From positions 1 to 64,000 of IMG/VR virus record IMGVR_UViG_3300046787_000200: DNA of 64,000 bases; one strand, 5' to 3'. Under the pieces are notes generated by a model, which saw nothing but the letters and a program-made list of their open reading frames with translations, was not told where the DNA came from and did not search any database. Positions 42,401-50,183 of the stretch are shown piece after piece (within the stretch, counting starts at the first letter, position 1; each line of letters begins with the position of its first letter). Made by a program: the position numbers and the translations under genes.

Positions 42401-45400
42401 ATATTACAGGAAATATTGGAGCTGCCGGTGTAATATGTTATACAGGTGAAGTTGTCAACACTGCAGTTGTAACAATCGCATATCCTGGCATATTAGATAT
42501 AACTGCTACTGAGCGAACATCTAACTTTATAACAACACCGTTGTTACCAAGTGGTACTGCAGGAACTCAAGGTTTCTATGTTGATTTACCAGTATACTTT
42601 GTTGGCGATGTGTTTGGCGGTATCATTGAAAATGATACGTACTATATCACTACAATCATAGATAATGAAACATTTACTATATCTAAAACACAAGATCCAA
42701 TTATTTTAGACGTTACTGCTACTACCGGATCTACTGATACTGTAACAGTTTCTTCAACAATTGAATTAAATGTAAATGATCCTATTGTATTCACTGGAAC
42801 TACATTTGGTGATATAGTTGCCGGACAAGTTTATTACATTAGAAGTGTTGAAACCGGCACATCAATTACGATTGCCGAAGTATTGAACGGTGGTGCAGTC
42901 AACTTATCAAATGGTTCAGGTTCTTGTACATTAACTAACCAGAAAGATGTTGTTCAATTGACAACTGCTACTGGCTCTATGACAATGAACGTTGGCTTGC
43001 CAGTAAGTCCAGGACAAGTAACTGGACAGCAATTCACATTCTATAACACTGATGTGTCTATCGCTACTGGTGTGACTGGAACAAATGGCAATTTAGTTAC
43101 AAGAACAACTGTTGCTTCTACAAGCAATGGTGATTATTTGTTCTTAGATTATTTCAGTGGTGGATTGAAAAACATTTACAATAACTTACCATTTGAAGTG
43201 TCAGCTACAATAGGTGGACTATCAACCGGTACAACATATTATGTTGAATCAAATGGTGTATTGGCAGTAAATGTTTCTGGGTCAAGTTCTTCAACTAACG
43301 AATACACATTAGCATCTGGATCTGATACTACTGGCTTCTATATTGAAATGCCAGTCTCATTCAGCGGTGGCGTATTTGGTGGTGTGCAGGCCTTAGTAAC
43401 ATACTATATCAATAGCTATACATTAGGTGGTGATCAATTTACTATTACTGACGTATTAGGTGGAGTATTAGTTGATGACGTTGTACCAGGTGACTCATAC
43501 ACAATTTATGATTTAGGTACAACTACTCAATTAGAATGGAACACTATTGCAGGAACCAGTGCTATTGTTTATGTAGCAGGTGATAGAATCACTGCAGCCG
43601 CTACTGGTACTGGTACTGGTAGAGTATCTGCTGACTTTGTATTGACAAATGATGCAGGATCAATGACTATAACTGCTGATAATCCATATATTACTATTAA
43701 AGATGGTAGCGGAACATCAGTGACATTGACAGATGATGTAGCTGAAGTTACTGTAACACAAACTCCATTATCAGTACCAACATTCAATGTTGGGTATGTC
43801 TTAGGTGGATACACCGTTGAGATAGATGATATAGGTGAAGGTTATACATTCGACAACACGATTACTATTTCAGGAACTGATTTGGGTGGTACAAGCCCAG
43901 CAAATGATTTAGTACTAACTGTAGACGGTATCGATGTAATCATTCCAAATCCTAACACTACGTATGATTTCTTATTACCAGTGTCGTCAGATGGAACAAT
44001 TACAAGCTTTATATCTTCTGGTAATCCTGCAGATGTAGTGAACAACTATTACTTGAAAGTAATATCTGCGACAGAATGTGAAGTTTATTCTGATCCATTA
44101 ATGCAGATTCCCGTAAGTGGTATCGACTTCCCGTATGTTGCAGAAGATTATGCATTCTTACCAGAGCCATTCTACTTTGACCAATCGATTGTTAAGTATA
44201 ACAATCAAATATGGCAGTGTATTATTAGTAATAATGATAGCGAATTTATATTAGGTAAATGGGAACTATTAGACAGTGGTAGTAGAAAACTTAACGAGTT
44301 AGATCGTATTGTTGGCTATTACACACCAACAGTTAACATGCCAGGTGTAGATTTAACTCAACTAGTTACAGGTATTACATATCCAAATGGAACATATTTA
44401 GGTAATGCATTTGCACCTGAAGATCAATACACTTTAGACACTGATTTACAAGATCAACCGTTCTATCCAACTGAAGTAGATACTGTTTCTATTGTTTATG
44501 ATGGTTCACAATATGTAGCCGTTTCAAACACACCAGAATATTCTGCAACATTATTGAGTGCAGATACTGCCGAGTGGACAATTAACAAATTTGTTAATAT
44601 CCCAATACAAGCATCTGATATTGTGTATGCTGACGATAAATTTGTAATTGTGTGCGAAGATGCAACTACACCAATCTATACAAGTGATGACGGTATAACA
44701 TTCACTACAACAGGTGGTGCAACTGGATCACTAATAGTTGAATCAACATCGTTATCTAGCGTTGCACATAACGGCAGTGTTTGGGTAGCAGTTGGTGAAA
44801 ACATTGTGTCATCCGCTGATGCTATAACTTGGACAGAAACTGACTCATTTACGAATGGTCTTACTAATAACTTAAATGGTATTGCATATTCTAATTTGTC
44901 TAGCTATACAGGGTTTGTTGTAGTAGGTACAGGTCAAGAATTGATATCAGGTAATAATCAAACAGTAAGTGTTATCAAATTAAGTACTGATGGAAACACA
45001 TGGACAACATTACCAATCGTTTCTTATAACGGATTTAATGCTGTAACAATTGGTAATTCTAAATTATTAGCAGTAGGAGAAGACGGAGTAATCTACACTT
45101 CATTGAACGGTACTAATTGGGCAGGTGTAAATGAATCTAATGTTATCAGTGTAAATGCAAGCACCAATGTTATTAACGTAGGTAGCACAACTGGATTTGC
45201 AGTAAATGATATTGTTAGATTTACTACGTCATTTGATGTTGTTTCATCTTCAACAACGTATTATATTGTAGCTATCGTATCAACTACACAAGTACAAGTA
45301 AGTACAACGTTAGGTGGTTCAGCAATTACATTAACTGGTGTAAACCCAACGTCATTGACGTTCATGTATGAATATCCATCTGGTCAAAACTTGAATGATG

Positions 45401-48400
45401 TATTATATGCTAATTCATTGTTTGTAACAGTAGGTAACAGTGGTACTATTAAAACTAGTACTGACGGTTACACATGGACAACTGAAACATCAGGTACTAC
45501 TGAGAATCTAAATGGTATCACATACAATAGTGATTCAAGTGAATGGGTAGTAGTAGGTGATAACAACACTATTATTTCTAGTGCTGATGGAAGTACATGG
45601 ACAAGTTCATCATTGTTTGCACCCGAACCAACTGTATATAATGTACAGGGTGATCCATTCATGTCAGGTTATGGTCCTGAAGAATTAGTACCAGGTGTAG
45701 TAACTGATAATCTATCAATGATTGTTACAACACGTCCTGGAACAGATTGGGATGTTTCTATATACGGACATGCAGGTTTCAATGTAGTTTCTACTGAAGC
45801 AACTATGACTTCAACATCTATATCATTTGCAGGTATAGTAGAAAATCCTGCAAGTATGTCATTATTTGATGTAACTCCAACTACAAATACAAGTGTAAGA
45901 ATTTATGATTATACAGTAGATTGGGTAAACAAAGTAATCACATTAGATACTGCATTAGCAGTAGGTCATAAATTGCGTTTTGACTTGTATGAAGTAGGTA
46001 ACGGAGACCAATTAATTAAGTCAAACTCACAAGTTATCCCGTTCATTGACAATGAAACTACTGGTTTTGTTGAGATGCCATTGAATTGCAATTACTCTGC
46101 TAGCAGATTTAACGGTTCAGGCATTATAAGACCTAACACTGATCCTAAGCAAGTTACTGCTATTGAAACAGATGCGTTAGATAATGGTATCGTATGCGAT
46201 TCAGTATCATATTTTACAGTTAATGCACCTATAACATTCCAAGGTTCTGTATTTGGTGGTATAACTTCTGGTACTACTTATTGGGTAAAAACAGTAAGTA
46301 CTATTACTAACAAGATAACAATATCTGCTTCTGTCTCAGGTGGTATCGCTGGTCCAACTGTAGAATTAACATCTGATACAGGTACAATGTTAGTTAACAT
46401 CCAATCAACTAATGGTTTAGTTTGGACTGACCCGGTTGTAATACACAACGGCACACGCTTAGTTTTAGGTGAACAGGGTATTGTTTCAGAAACAATAAGT
46501 GGAACAAATACAATCATAGTTAATACTACAGACCATTATGATGTAGGCGACACTCTAGTATTCAGTGATGCTATTGAAACTGGCACGTTCATTGGTTGTG
46601 GATTGTCTGCACAAACAACGTATTACATTACATCATTGACAGGTACATCATTTACAGTATCTACTACATTAGGTGGTTCTAACGTTTCATTGAATGATGC
46701 AACTGGTATAGCATTATGCGTAACTAATGATTATGCAATAACAATTGCTGATGTAGGAACTTCTGCGAAAATGGTATTTGCAAATCAATATGATCAAGCT
46801 AATGATTTTGTTGTATTATCTATATTTGGTGAGACTGCACCGGAGCAATATGGATACACATTGCCTGAAGTAGAAGTATTCAATCTTACTTCAGGTTTAA
46901 CAGAATTCACATTGACTAATTACGTAGGTGGAACCAATGCAACTAATGCTATCGTTGAATATAATGGATTACGTCTAGTTGATATTTCAAACTATACGAT
47001 TGACTTCAACACAGCAACATTAAGTTTGAACTTTGGAACAACTGCAGGTGATACTGTCGCTGTAACCAGCTATAACTTAACAGATAGACAATATTTGCAT
47101 ACAACATACGGTGGTTCGTTCTCAGGTTCAAGCACTAATTCATTTACAATTAGTGATACTACACATGAGCCAGGGTATGATGCTGTTTTAACCGCAGGTG
47201 CATTCGTTGTAGGTACTGAATATGTTATTGAAACAATAGGAACTACTGACTTTACGTTGATTGGAGCTTCAAGTAATACAGTAGGTGTGGTGTTTACTGC
47301 AACTGGTGTAGGTTCAGGAACTGGAACTGCGGCAGTTGGTTGGGGCGAAACATACTCACCGGGCCCAGATTACCTAACATTAAGTGCGGGTAGCACAACT
47401 TCATTGAATATCAATGATGCCATAACATTTAGTGGAACAACATTTGGTGGAATTGTTGCTAACCAAACATATTATGTAGTAACTATTATAAGTGCAACTG
47501 AATTTGCAGTATCAGAAACACCCGGCGGAACAGCAGTTACTTTAACTACAGCTTCTGGCTCATTCTCTGGTATTACTAATCCTCCTACAGTAGCTCCAAT
47601 AACAGGAATTGATAATGAGATTATTGCACCAACTAATATAGGTGTTACTGATGTTGATTCAGTTGGTAATGTTATAACATGTACATCAACTACTGGTTTT
47701 AGTGCAGGACAACCAGTCATGTTTAAGAGTGCTACTCCTAACACACCGTTTGGTAATGTACTATGTGACGGCACAGTATACTATATTTCTAACCCAGTTG
47801 TTAGTGCTACTGAGTTCACTATATCAGAAACATCAGGTGGACCAGAGTTTGATCCAGGTACTGCTAGTGGGGCAATTGTAGCAGAAGTAGGTGGAAACCC
47901 AACAGTAACAATTACTACCGGCGTAGCACATAATTTAGTTGAAAATGATATTGTTAGAATTGACGGGACTATCGGTTCAACTCAATTGAACAACAATACA
48001 TATTATGCTAAGATTATCAATGCAACACAAATTGCATTGTATAATAGCGAGTATGACCCAACAGTTAATGCAGTTAACGATCCAGTAACAGTGGTATCTA
48101 ACTGGATTAGCGGTGGTTATGTATGGTTAGATAAGACATTCACGTTGATTACTGCGGTTGCAACAAACACAACCGCACCTAACTTAATTACAGTACCGGA
48201 CACGGGAGAATTTGTAATAGGAACTCCAATTATATTCACTGGTACTGACTTATTAGGTGGAATAGTTTCTGAAGTTACTGCAGGTAGCTTTGTCGCAGGA
48301 CGCACATATCAAATCAATAGCACAGGAACTACTGACTTCACACTAATCGGTGCATTGAATAACAATGCAGGAACTACATTTGTGGCTACAGATGTTGGAA

Positions 48401-49362
48401 CAGGAACCGGCACTGCAACTGCTATATATTATGTTTATGATATTGAATCTGCTACTGAGTTCAGAGTTACTGCAGTACGTGACGGTGACCCATACACTGT
48501 AACAACTGATTCAGGCTTTATGAACGTTACTCAGTGGGAACAATCTAATGTAGACCGTTTATGGGTAACGGTCAACGGGTATCGTGTACCATCAAGTGCG
48601 TTGAGATTAAATTTTGACAATAATTTGAGTATATTGACAACTGTTGAGGCAGGCGATGTGGTTATCATTACAAGTATGATACCAACAGCTACTCCTAACC
48701 AAGAAGTTTATATTCAGAATGTTAATAAGTCAAATACACAATCTGTATATAGAGCTAATACTTTGACTAGAACTTGGTTAACTCAACCATTAGAAAATGT
48801 AGATAATACAATTTATTTGGAAGATGTAACTAGAGTAACTGAAAATGTTGTTCAAACTGAAATAGCACCTGCAGTGGTAAATGATACTATGAGTATCGGG
48901 TTGTTTGGTGACAAGCGTATTATTACGCAAGTTATTGTATACAACAACGACACAAGTACAACTATTGACCCAACAGAATATAGTGTTGTTTTAGAAGATT
49001 TGGCTCCAATACTAGTAATAAATATTGATCCAGATAGTCCTGCAATTACTGCAGGAGATGAGTTAACAATTACTGTTATTTTGGGTAATTTAATATATGT
49101 TAATGGTGAGCAGATACGTTTCACTACAGTAGATTTTGACGCAAATACGTTGTCAGGATTACAGCGTGGGGCTAACGGTACCGGCGAGCAAGTTTATATC
49201 CCTGCATATACTACAGTATATGGCATATTGTCAGGTAATCAGTTACCTGCAGTGTATAACGGGGTAAGTTGGAATTCGTTTAATTATAATTTAGTAGATG
49301 GTGATCCACTACAAATTAGTACAACTTATAGTGCTAATTTCTTAAATGCGGATGTTCCCTGA
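30487..49362 (+). CDS. Giant (6291 aa) modular baseplate/fibre protein in the gp7 position
   Basis: Uninterrupted ORF after gp6; FG-GAP-like and Asp-box propeller repeats; more than a dozen copies of a ~50-aa beta module. Confidence 0.75.
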   Translation: MAARIRTLNFLPEVFQTPTNAQFLGATLDQIVDQPNTMKIEGYVGSKFGYGINAKDKYVVEPTKTRTNYQLDPGVVFTKTNTSTAQDFISYPGIIDALKLEGGITNNNDRLFNSQFYSWDPFVNLDKIINFNQYYWLPTGAPVVNISTDIVYTATDYVVESLPNGYNISSDINPAGATNPTLTLIRGGTYTFAVNQTSDFWIQGKPGVTGFDPQQTNLQTRDVLGVENNGTNAGIVVFSVPYKDAQDEYNLPGNNLVDVVSTLQFSQINGLRLSEIGGGIDGVSSLNGLTLMFYNGLTDEVANFGAYDLQTFDQTDVTPVSFDDDSLIYQPVSSWFFQINYIDNPEDATDPIIQLVPYQNIPTSQKITATYGTQWKARNFYRTPSGVINLVPYLSAILDTLYYQDGTSPNKVGIIKLIESNSTNQLDINDILGQTQYTSPNGVVFTNGLKVSFSGDIYPASYTEGEYYVEGVGTAIELINTADLIAPEPFTEGTYTPYDSLPYDIGNFDSTLYIPVQQDYITIARNSIDKNAWARSNRWFHIDVINATATYNNNPSIATTYATQDNKAKRPIIEFYPNLRLFNNGVVGKDPIDFFDDRTTDAFTYVAGQQQYWPDVEVYTAYTGTIAAATGTSTTITIDADDVTGTFQVGQYISDTTNVLPRNTQITSISGTTTLTITVTWDDSTTITATSNASLVANDVSNDNYSLYDGARIVFSADTNENVRNKIYVVRFSNIAGGTNTVITLTEAVDGLVLPLEEIFAFKGYNNQGKDFYFDGIEWLLAQQKTTVNQAPLFDIFDNDGVSFADTDVYVGSSFAGNKLFSYGIGSGIKDIVLGFPLRYSAVNNVGDISFDVPLNSATFNYVRGTTPITQNVNTGYVYNYTSGTDVVRQLGWQTAVAESRQYQIFSFDYIATDLTTTYTCDIAAATDTVWPNIQVYVNNEIQPSTSYTYTIGANSTVITFTVPDPLVDTIVEVSILSDQVSSTAYYQVPINLSNNPFNEDVTVVNVGDIRGQYQSIFYNNPNTTGNVFGSNNYRDLGNLVPWGNKIIQNSASLALPGSLLRLQNHNLFSSIQYNSQQYITFKSLLINTIDSTEYNIMQTPAVILDDALDQITANKTTTEPFFWSDMLPNKAAYATNTYTFANSLDVSIYPLTRIYNFDTANYYGVLVYLTRTVDNFTSTSQLIVNQDYTVSTDSPSLTITKDLLPGDIVTIKEYTQTFGSYVPNTPTKLGLYPSFIPEVVLDSNYSQPTYFIVGHDGSYTKLYGDYIDGHLVDFRDQALLEFETRIYNNLKLTDTVPISEFDVIPGFFRTTDYTYDEVLEIYSQYFLNWVGQNRIEYKKQFYQANNEFTYNYTQSGNRLNNQPFEQGFWRGIYEYFYDTSTPNTTPWEMLGFSDQPTWWTNRYGPAPYTSDNLVLWGDLAQGINWNNGDPVVLPNCVREGLLDVIPVDSQGDLLSPFDAVMGNYNQKTFRNDWVVGDVGPAEFSYRRSSSYPYDLMQILALTKPAQFYNLGFDVDNYKYNAEFNQYLVNNRSHLVISDVAIYGNGTAKTSYVNWIVDYEKQVGVDATTNITDLFDNLDVRLIYRLAGFSDKSLLNFFVEKGTPNSRNASLLIPDESYSVLLYDNVPLTTIIYSSVVVQSTSTGWKVFGNSQDTAYFTVSVPKINGNYNRVNVGDLSVQLAKDYVTDSTALIPYGTEFPDLQGVSQFIASYGHYLSTQGVLFEQIESGIDVNWNQMVTELLYWAQSGWETGSIINLNPAANLITINKDSYVVQPLTLQRQNFILNQNLYPIQSVDLAVIRDSTLFSAKPLNEGDTVAYGQFNISNFEHGIVFDNVTLFNDTLYNLVTGLRQNRILTRGTKSADWNGTVDAQGFILNQDNIQEWSPNVKYTRGNIVKYKNKYWFALKVLNAQVTFDEQYWKETDYNEIQKGLLPNSSTRSYESTLFYDTNKSNLDQDSDLLSWSLIGYRPRDYLALADLTDITQVNVYKNLIKEKGTRIAANAFKGLTLPQGGIDYDIYENWAIKTGEFGGVLNDNFVDFRLNQNLLTSNPSIVGLTNGIDTDGVQQGVPLYSVFNYGRPISNPDVLPTLPVDTPNKLFPNAGYVNFNDVKISSYYYNGLNTAVTPLSNLYVNEYVWLADYNNTWQVYTPTSAGQVISAINNLNGTVTIQFNGPHNLTKYQPFAIVNFNENIDGYRIVATIVDTTKVTIALSLPGSITTITGQGVALKFSSQRIATPSDVNTLPLLDSEFVKNKVWVDTNNDGSWAVYRKSLNYVYTDELLKDGSTTYGSAVAQTSNLGYLVTDADAGVAYRYAYSPVFDNYSIVQTITKDASFGTTIEYVDDVFVISQPTGASYTDRKVYIYELVINTLVNELQEVQVITAPNTVTNWGSSIALSGDKNWLYISAYEQNLVYAYRKSVLTGEYEFVETITDAVLSSGDNFGYSIATNYYGNNVVISAPNQDSTVTDFGYAYAYDRLVQTFEAPYNSLPYAPQTFSLIFTPTTTTVSVTDTDATNDRFTCTDSSVLTIGDPIVFTGTTVFGGVALNTVYYVLTKPTGTTFTVSTTRSGSVLQLQTASGTMTGNQQTEPLFVSVNGTLIDDNEYGVVGSLLNVYASLTAGDIVTVSGSEFILTQTFQSSSTNAYEIGTNFGYSLDVDTYANEILIGAPFEINAQNQEGAVYRYTNSGGSYGLITGTTAGNVTSATTILLNGYAVIIPTGNATVVANAINNANITNVIASATDGILTIQVISVDLAFANDKLSLSVLDIDVLTQLGVSIYTETQVINDPHSQGRTQFGSTIKFNSSGSFVVSAPVSARYAETTFDASDDENYDNDTLFDNNTTQFIDSFVNAGAVYMYDYLPVYNETVSNSGVYVYAQSVNALNEDYGSQPYYGTALDFNNNSVMIGTPNFRPGIDNGQVIIYNNATGETDWSVYRNSAPIVNTDAIQNVQLYSVSTNNTLVNLDYIDPLQGKILGAVRENLDIVSNVDPANYNSPTATNTGSTVWGPAQVGKLWFNTSTTRFVNYHQSNDVVYNSQWWGRVFPGSDVKVYSWVTSDVPPISYQGPGTPYDIEEYVEQYSLNSTGSLVPVYYYWVRNTNIVFTKTGKTLSDTICESYIATPLATGIQYMAAIQPNVFGLYNSGSDINATDTALHIGFSTGTSDDVSHSVYSLIRSNYADDFLPGLPGIGDTIVPESLYNRMIESFSGVDQTGAVVPDPFLPKPVQSGILVRPRQSFFYNRYKALENYLKFANEVFLQYPLAETNSLKFLFTEGAINPSTVDNPNWPGLPQRFYNTQDYWELVNWWATGYSDSTKSAMLVESYYDLATINAQVGLIVTVNRNGEGLQETYVFDGTEWVRIGLQNGTIQFKSSLWDYSTARIGFGDNFFDTTPYDTFPSEETRYIIRALNEELPSELLLYRNEALILMFQYIVSETIESQNYLPWLNKTSFIDVAHTIRELLPLEVFQSDNQDFLAGYLNEAKPYHVVIKDFLFKYTGTDVYDGEITDFDLPAQYNTQYQQYITPELVYSNPSSINQYLPTDPIWQTQPYVNWFNNQGLSITGVNNYPITVLSSYVALNSNSMVVDNVYGFPTTGVVTIGTEQIAYSSVDRAYSTISGLTRGVNGTAITNHIPGEQIIIDLPPVLLLNGGRGYAEPPKVTAYIDTSIYPAPRRAAILQPVMNLDTILRIDVVDPGDGYQVLPEIRIEPSEVITFASTDVDTLTNTITLQTQFIQTGDLIKYYVGSNTTPIGGLDNEQYYYVSVLENTPFFVIALYTNYADALQDHDRVVLTSVGSGTNNNIAVSARASCVSTSIPIRENQITLRFDRTTYSSDITEWTPNRFYGSFYAGLFNNSTRIASSSITLESTQPPIESILASAQGATFEIQGVTNDQVLTWSSLTRTVGSTTASTNVITLSYNSSEPNASGSTIGFYVDMPVKFTGALSGTGLVDGTTYYIIEVINESDFKVSATVNGSAVDITGNIGAAGVICYTGEVVNTAVVTIAYPGILDITATERTSNFITTPLLPSGTAGTQGFYVDLPVYFVGDVFGGIIENDTYYITTIIDNETFTISKTQDPIILDVTATTGSTDTVTVSSTIELNVNDPIVFTGTTFGDIVAGQVYYIRSVETGTSITIAEVLNGGAVNLSNGSGSCTLTNQKDVVQLTTATGSMTMNVGLPVSPGQVTGQQFTFYNTDVSIATGVTGTNGNLVTRTTVASTSNGDYLFLDYFSGGLKNIYNNLPFEVSATIGGLSTGTTYYVESNGVLAVNVSGSSSSTNEYTLASGSDTTGFYIEMPVSFSGGVFGGVQALVTYYINSYTLGGDQFTITDVLGGVLVDDVVPGDSYTIYDLGTTTQLEWNTIAGTSAIVYVAGDRITAAATGTGTGRVSADFVLTNDAGSMTITADNPYITIKDGSGTSVTLTDDVAEVTVTQTPLSVPTFNVGYVLGGYTVEIDDIGEGYTFDNTITISGTDLGGTSPANDLVLTVDGIDVIIPNPNTTYDFLLPVSSDGTITSFISSGNPADVVNNYYLKVISATECEVYSDPLMQIPVSGIDFPYVAEDYAFLPEPFYFDQSIVKYNNQIWQCIISNNDSEFILGKWELLDSGSRKLNELDRIVGYYTPTVNMPGVDLTQLVTGITYPNGTYLGNAFAPEDQYTLDTDLQDQPFYPTEVDTVSIVYDGSQYVAVSNTPEYSATLLSADTAEWTINKFVNIPIQASDIVYADDKFVIVCEDATTPIYTSDDGITFTTTGGATGSLIVESTSLSSVAHNGSVWVAVGENIVSSADAITWTETDSFTNGLTNNLNGIAYSNLSSYTGFVVVGTGQELISGNNQTVSVIKLSTDGNTWTTLPIVSYNGFNAVTIGNSKLLAVGEDGVIYTSLNGTNWAGVNESNVISVNASTNVINVGSTTGFAVNDIVRFTTSFDVVSSSTTYYIVAIVSTTQVQVSTTLGGSAITLTGVNPTSLTFMYEYPSGQNLNDVLYANSLFVTVGNSGTIKTSTDGYTWTTETSGTTENLNGITYNSDSSEWVVVGDNNTIISSADGSTWTSSSLFAPEPTVYNVQGDPFMSGYGPEELVPGVVTDNLSMIVTTRPGTDWDVSIYGHAGFNVVSTEATMTSTSISFAGIVENPASMSLFDVTPTTNTSVRIYDYTVDWVNKVITLDTALAVGHKLRFDLYEVGNGDQLIKSNSQVIPFIDNETTGFVEMPLNCNYSASRFNGSGIIRPNTDPKQVTAIETDALDNGIVCDSVSYFTVNAPITFQGSVFGGITSGTTYWVKTVSTITNKITISASVSGGIAGPTVELTSDTGTMLVNIQSTNGLVWTDPVVIHNGTRLVLGEQGIVSETISGTNTIIVNTTDHYDVGDTLVFSDAIETGTFIGCGLSAQTTYYITSLTGTSFTVSTTLGGSNVSLNDATGIALCVTNDYAITIADVGTSAKMVFANQYDQANDFVVLSIFGETAPEQYGYTLPEVEVFNLTSGLTEFTLTNYVGGTNATNAIVEYNGLRLVDISNYTIDFNTATLSLNFGTTAGDTVAVTSYNLTDRQYLHTTYGGSFSGSSTNSFTISDTTHEPGYDAVLTAGAFVVGTEYVIETIGTTDFTLIGASSNTVGVVFTATGVGSGTGTAAVGWGETYSPGPDYLTLSAGSTTSLNINDAITFSGTTFGGIVANQTYYVVTIISATEFAVSETPGGTAVTLTTASGSFSGITNPPTVAPITGIDNEIIAPTNIGVTDVDSVGNVITCTSTTGFSAGQPVMFKSATPNTPFGNVLCDGTVYYISNPVVSATEFTISETSGGPEFDPGTASGAIVAEVGGNPTVTITTGVAHNLVENDIVRIDGTIGSTQLNNNTYYAKIINATQIALYNSEYDPTVNAVNDPVTVVSNWISGGYVWLDKTFTLITAVATNTTAPNLITVPDTGEFVIGTPIIFTGTDLLGGIVSEVTAGSFVAGRTYQINSTGTTDFTLIGALNNNAGTTFVATDVGTGTGTATAIYYVYDIESATEFRVTAVRDGDPYTVTTDSGFMNVTQWEQSNVDRLWVTVNGYRVPSSALRLNFDNNLSILTTVEAGDVVIITSMIPTATPNQEVYIQNVNKSNTQSVYRANTLTRTWLTQPLENVDNTIYLEDVTRVTENVVQTEIAPAVVNDTMSIGLFGDKRIITQVIVYNNDTSTTIDPTEYSVVLEDLAPILVINIDPDSPAITAGDELTITVILGNLIYVNGEQIRFTTVDFDANTLSGLQRGANGTGEQVYIPAYTTVYGILSGNQLPAVYNGVSWNSFNYNLVDGDPLQISTTYSANFLNADVP

Positions 49363-49377
49363 AAGATAAATAAGTAA

Positions 49378-49530
49378 ATGAATAATATACAAGAAACCAA
49401 AGAAAATTTGTCAGATTCTAAAGGTGAAGTTAAACCTAATGAATCTGGCGGATTTTACTTTTCATCTTTTTTAAAAATAACAGATCCAAATACCAAAGAA
49501 GTATTGGTTCAAACACGGGGCGATAACTAA
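49378..49530 (+). CDS. 50-aa protein missed by the ORF track
   Basis: Hand translation gives MNNIQETKENLSDSKGEVKPNESGGFYFSSFLKITDPNTKEVLVQTRGDN. It has a GATAAATA box 5 nt upstream and a TAATG overlap with the next gene. Confidence 0.8.
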   Translation: MNNIQETKENLSDSKGEVKPNESGGFYFSSFLKITDPNTKEVLVQTRGDN

Positions 49531-50150
49531 TGTCAGTAATAACACTATCATACAAAGTAGAGGGTTTTTTAAAGATTTATGACCCTAATAACGGAGAAGT
49601 TTTCGTTGATAAGCATAATGCTATTAACTACGAAAATATGAGCGAAGCTATTGCTGACACACTAAGCAGTCGCGGTTACGGAGAAATCTATCAGATGGCA
49701 TTCGGGAACGGTGGTGCAAGCGTAGATGAAACAGGGGTTATCACATATCTACCCCCGAATACTACTGGTCAGAATGCGGCTTTGTACAATCAAACTTATG
49801 CTAAAATTGTTGACGATACTAGTGTTTTTAACCTAGATCCCACACGTAATAAGATGACAGTATCACACACTACTGGTCGTGTTTATACAGATATCTTAGT
49901 TCAATGTTTATTAGATTACGGTGAGCCTTCAGGGCAAGCGGCATTTGATAATAGCACACAAACTGATAGTAGCTACATTTTCGATGAGTTAGGTTTACTA
50001 GCTAATTACGGTACTGATAATAGCGGAAACGTGATTACCAGACTACTAACTCATGTAATTTTTCACCCAGTCCAAAAAAGTCTAAATAGACAAATTCAGA
50101 TAGACTATACAGTAAGAATTCAAGCGTTGACTAACTTAGTCACAATTTAA
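49530..50150 (+). CDS. Baseplate/fibre attachment protein
   Basis: MAFGNGG...FDELGL...LLTHVIFHPVQKSLNRQIQIDYTVRI resembles fibre-proximal beta-sandwich proteins. Confidence 0.5.
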   Translation: MSVITLSYKVEGFLKIYDPNNGEVFVDKHNAINYENMSEAIADTLSSRGYGEIYQMAFGNGGASVDETGVITYLPPNTTGQNAALYNQTYAKIVDDTSVFNLDPTRNKMTVSHTTGRVYTDILVQCLLDYGEPSGQAAFDNSTQTDSSYIFDELGLLANYGTDNSGNVITRLLTHVIFHPVQKSLNRQIQIDYTVRIQALTNLVTI

Positions 50151-50183
50151 GATAAATAAAAGAGAACACCGGAGTAATTTAAC

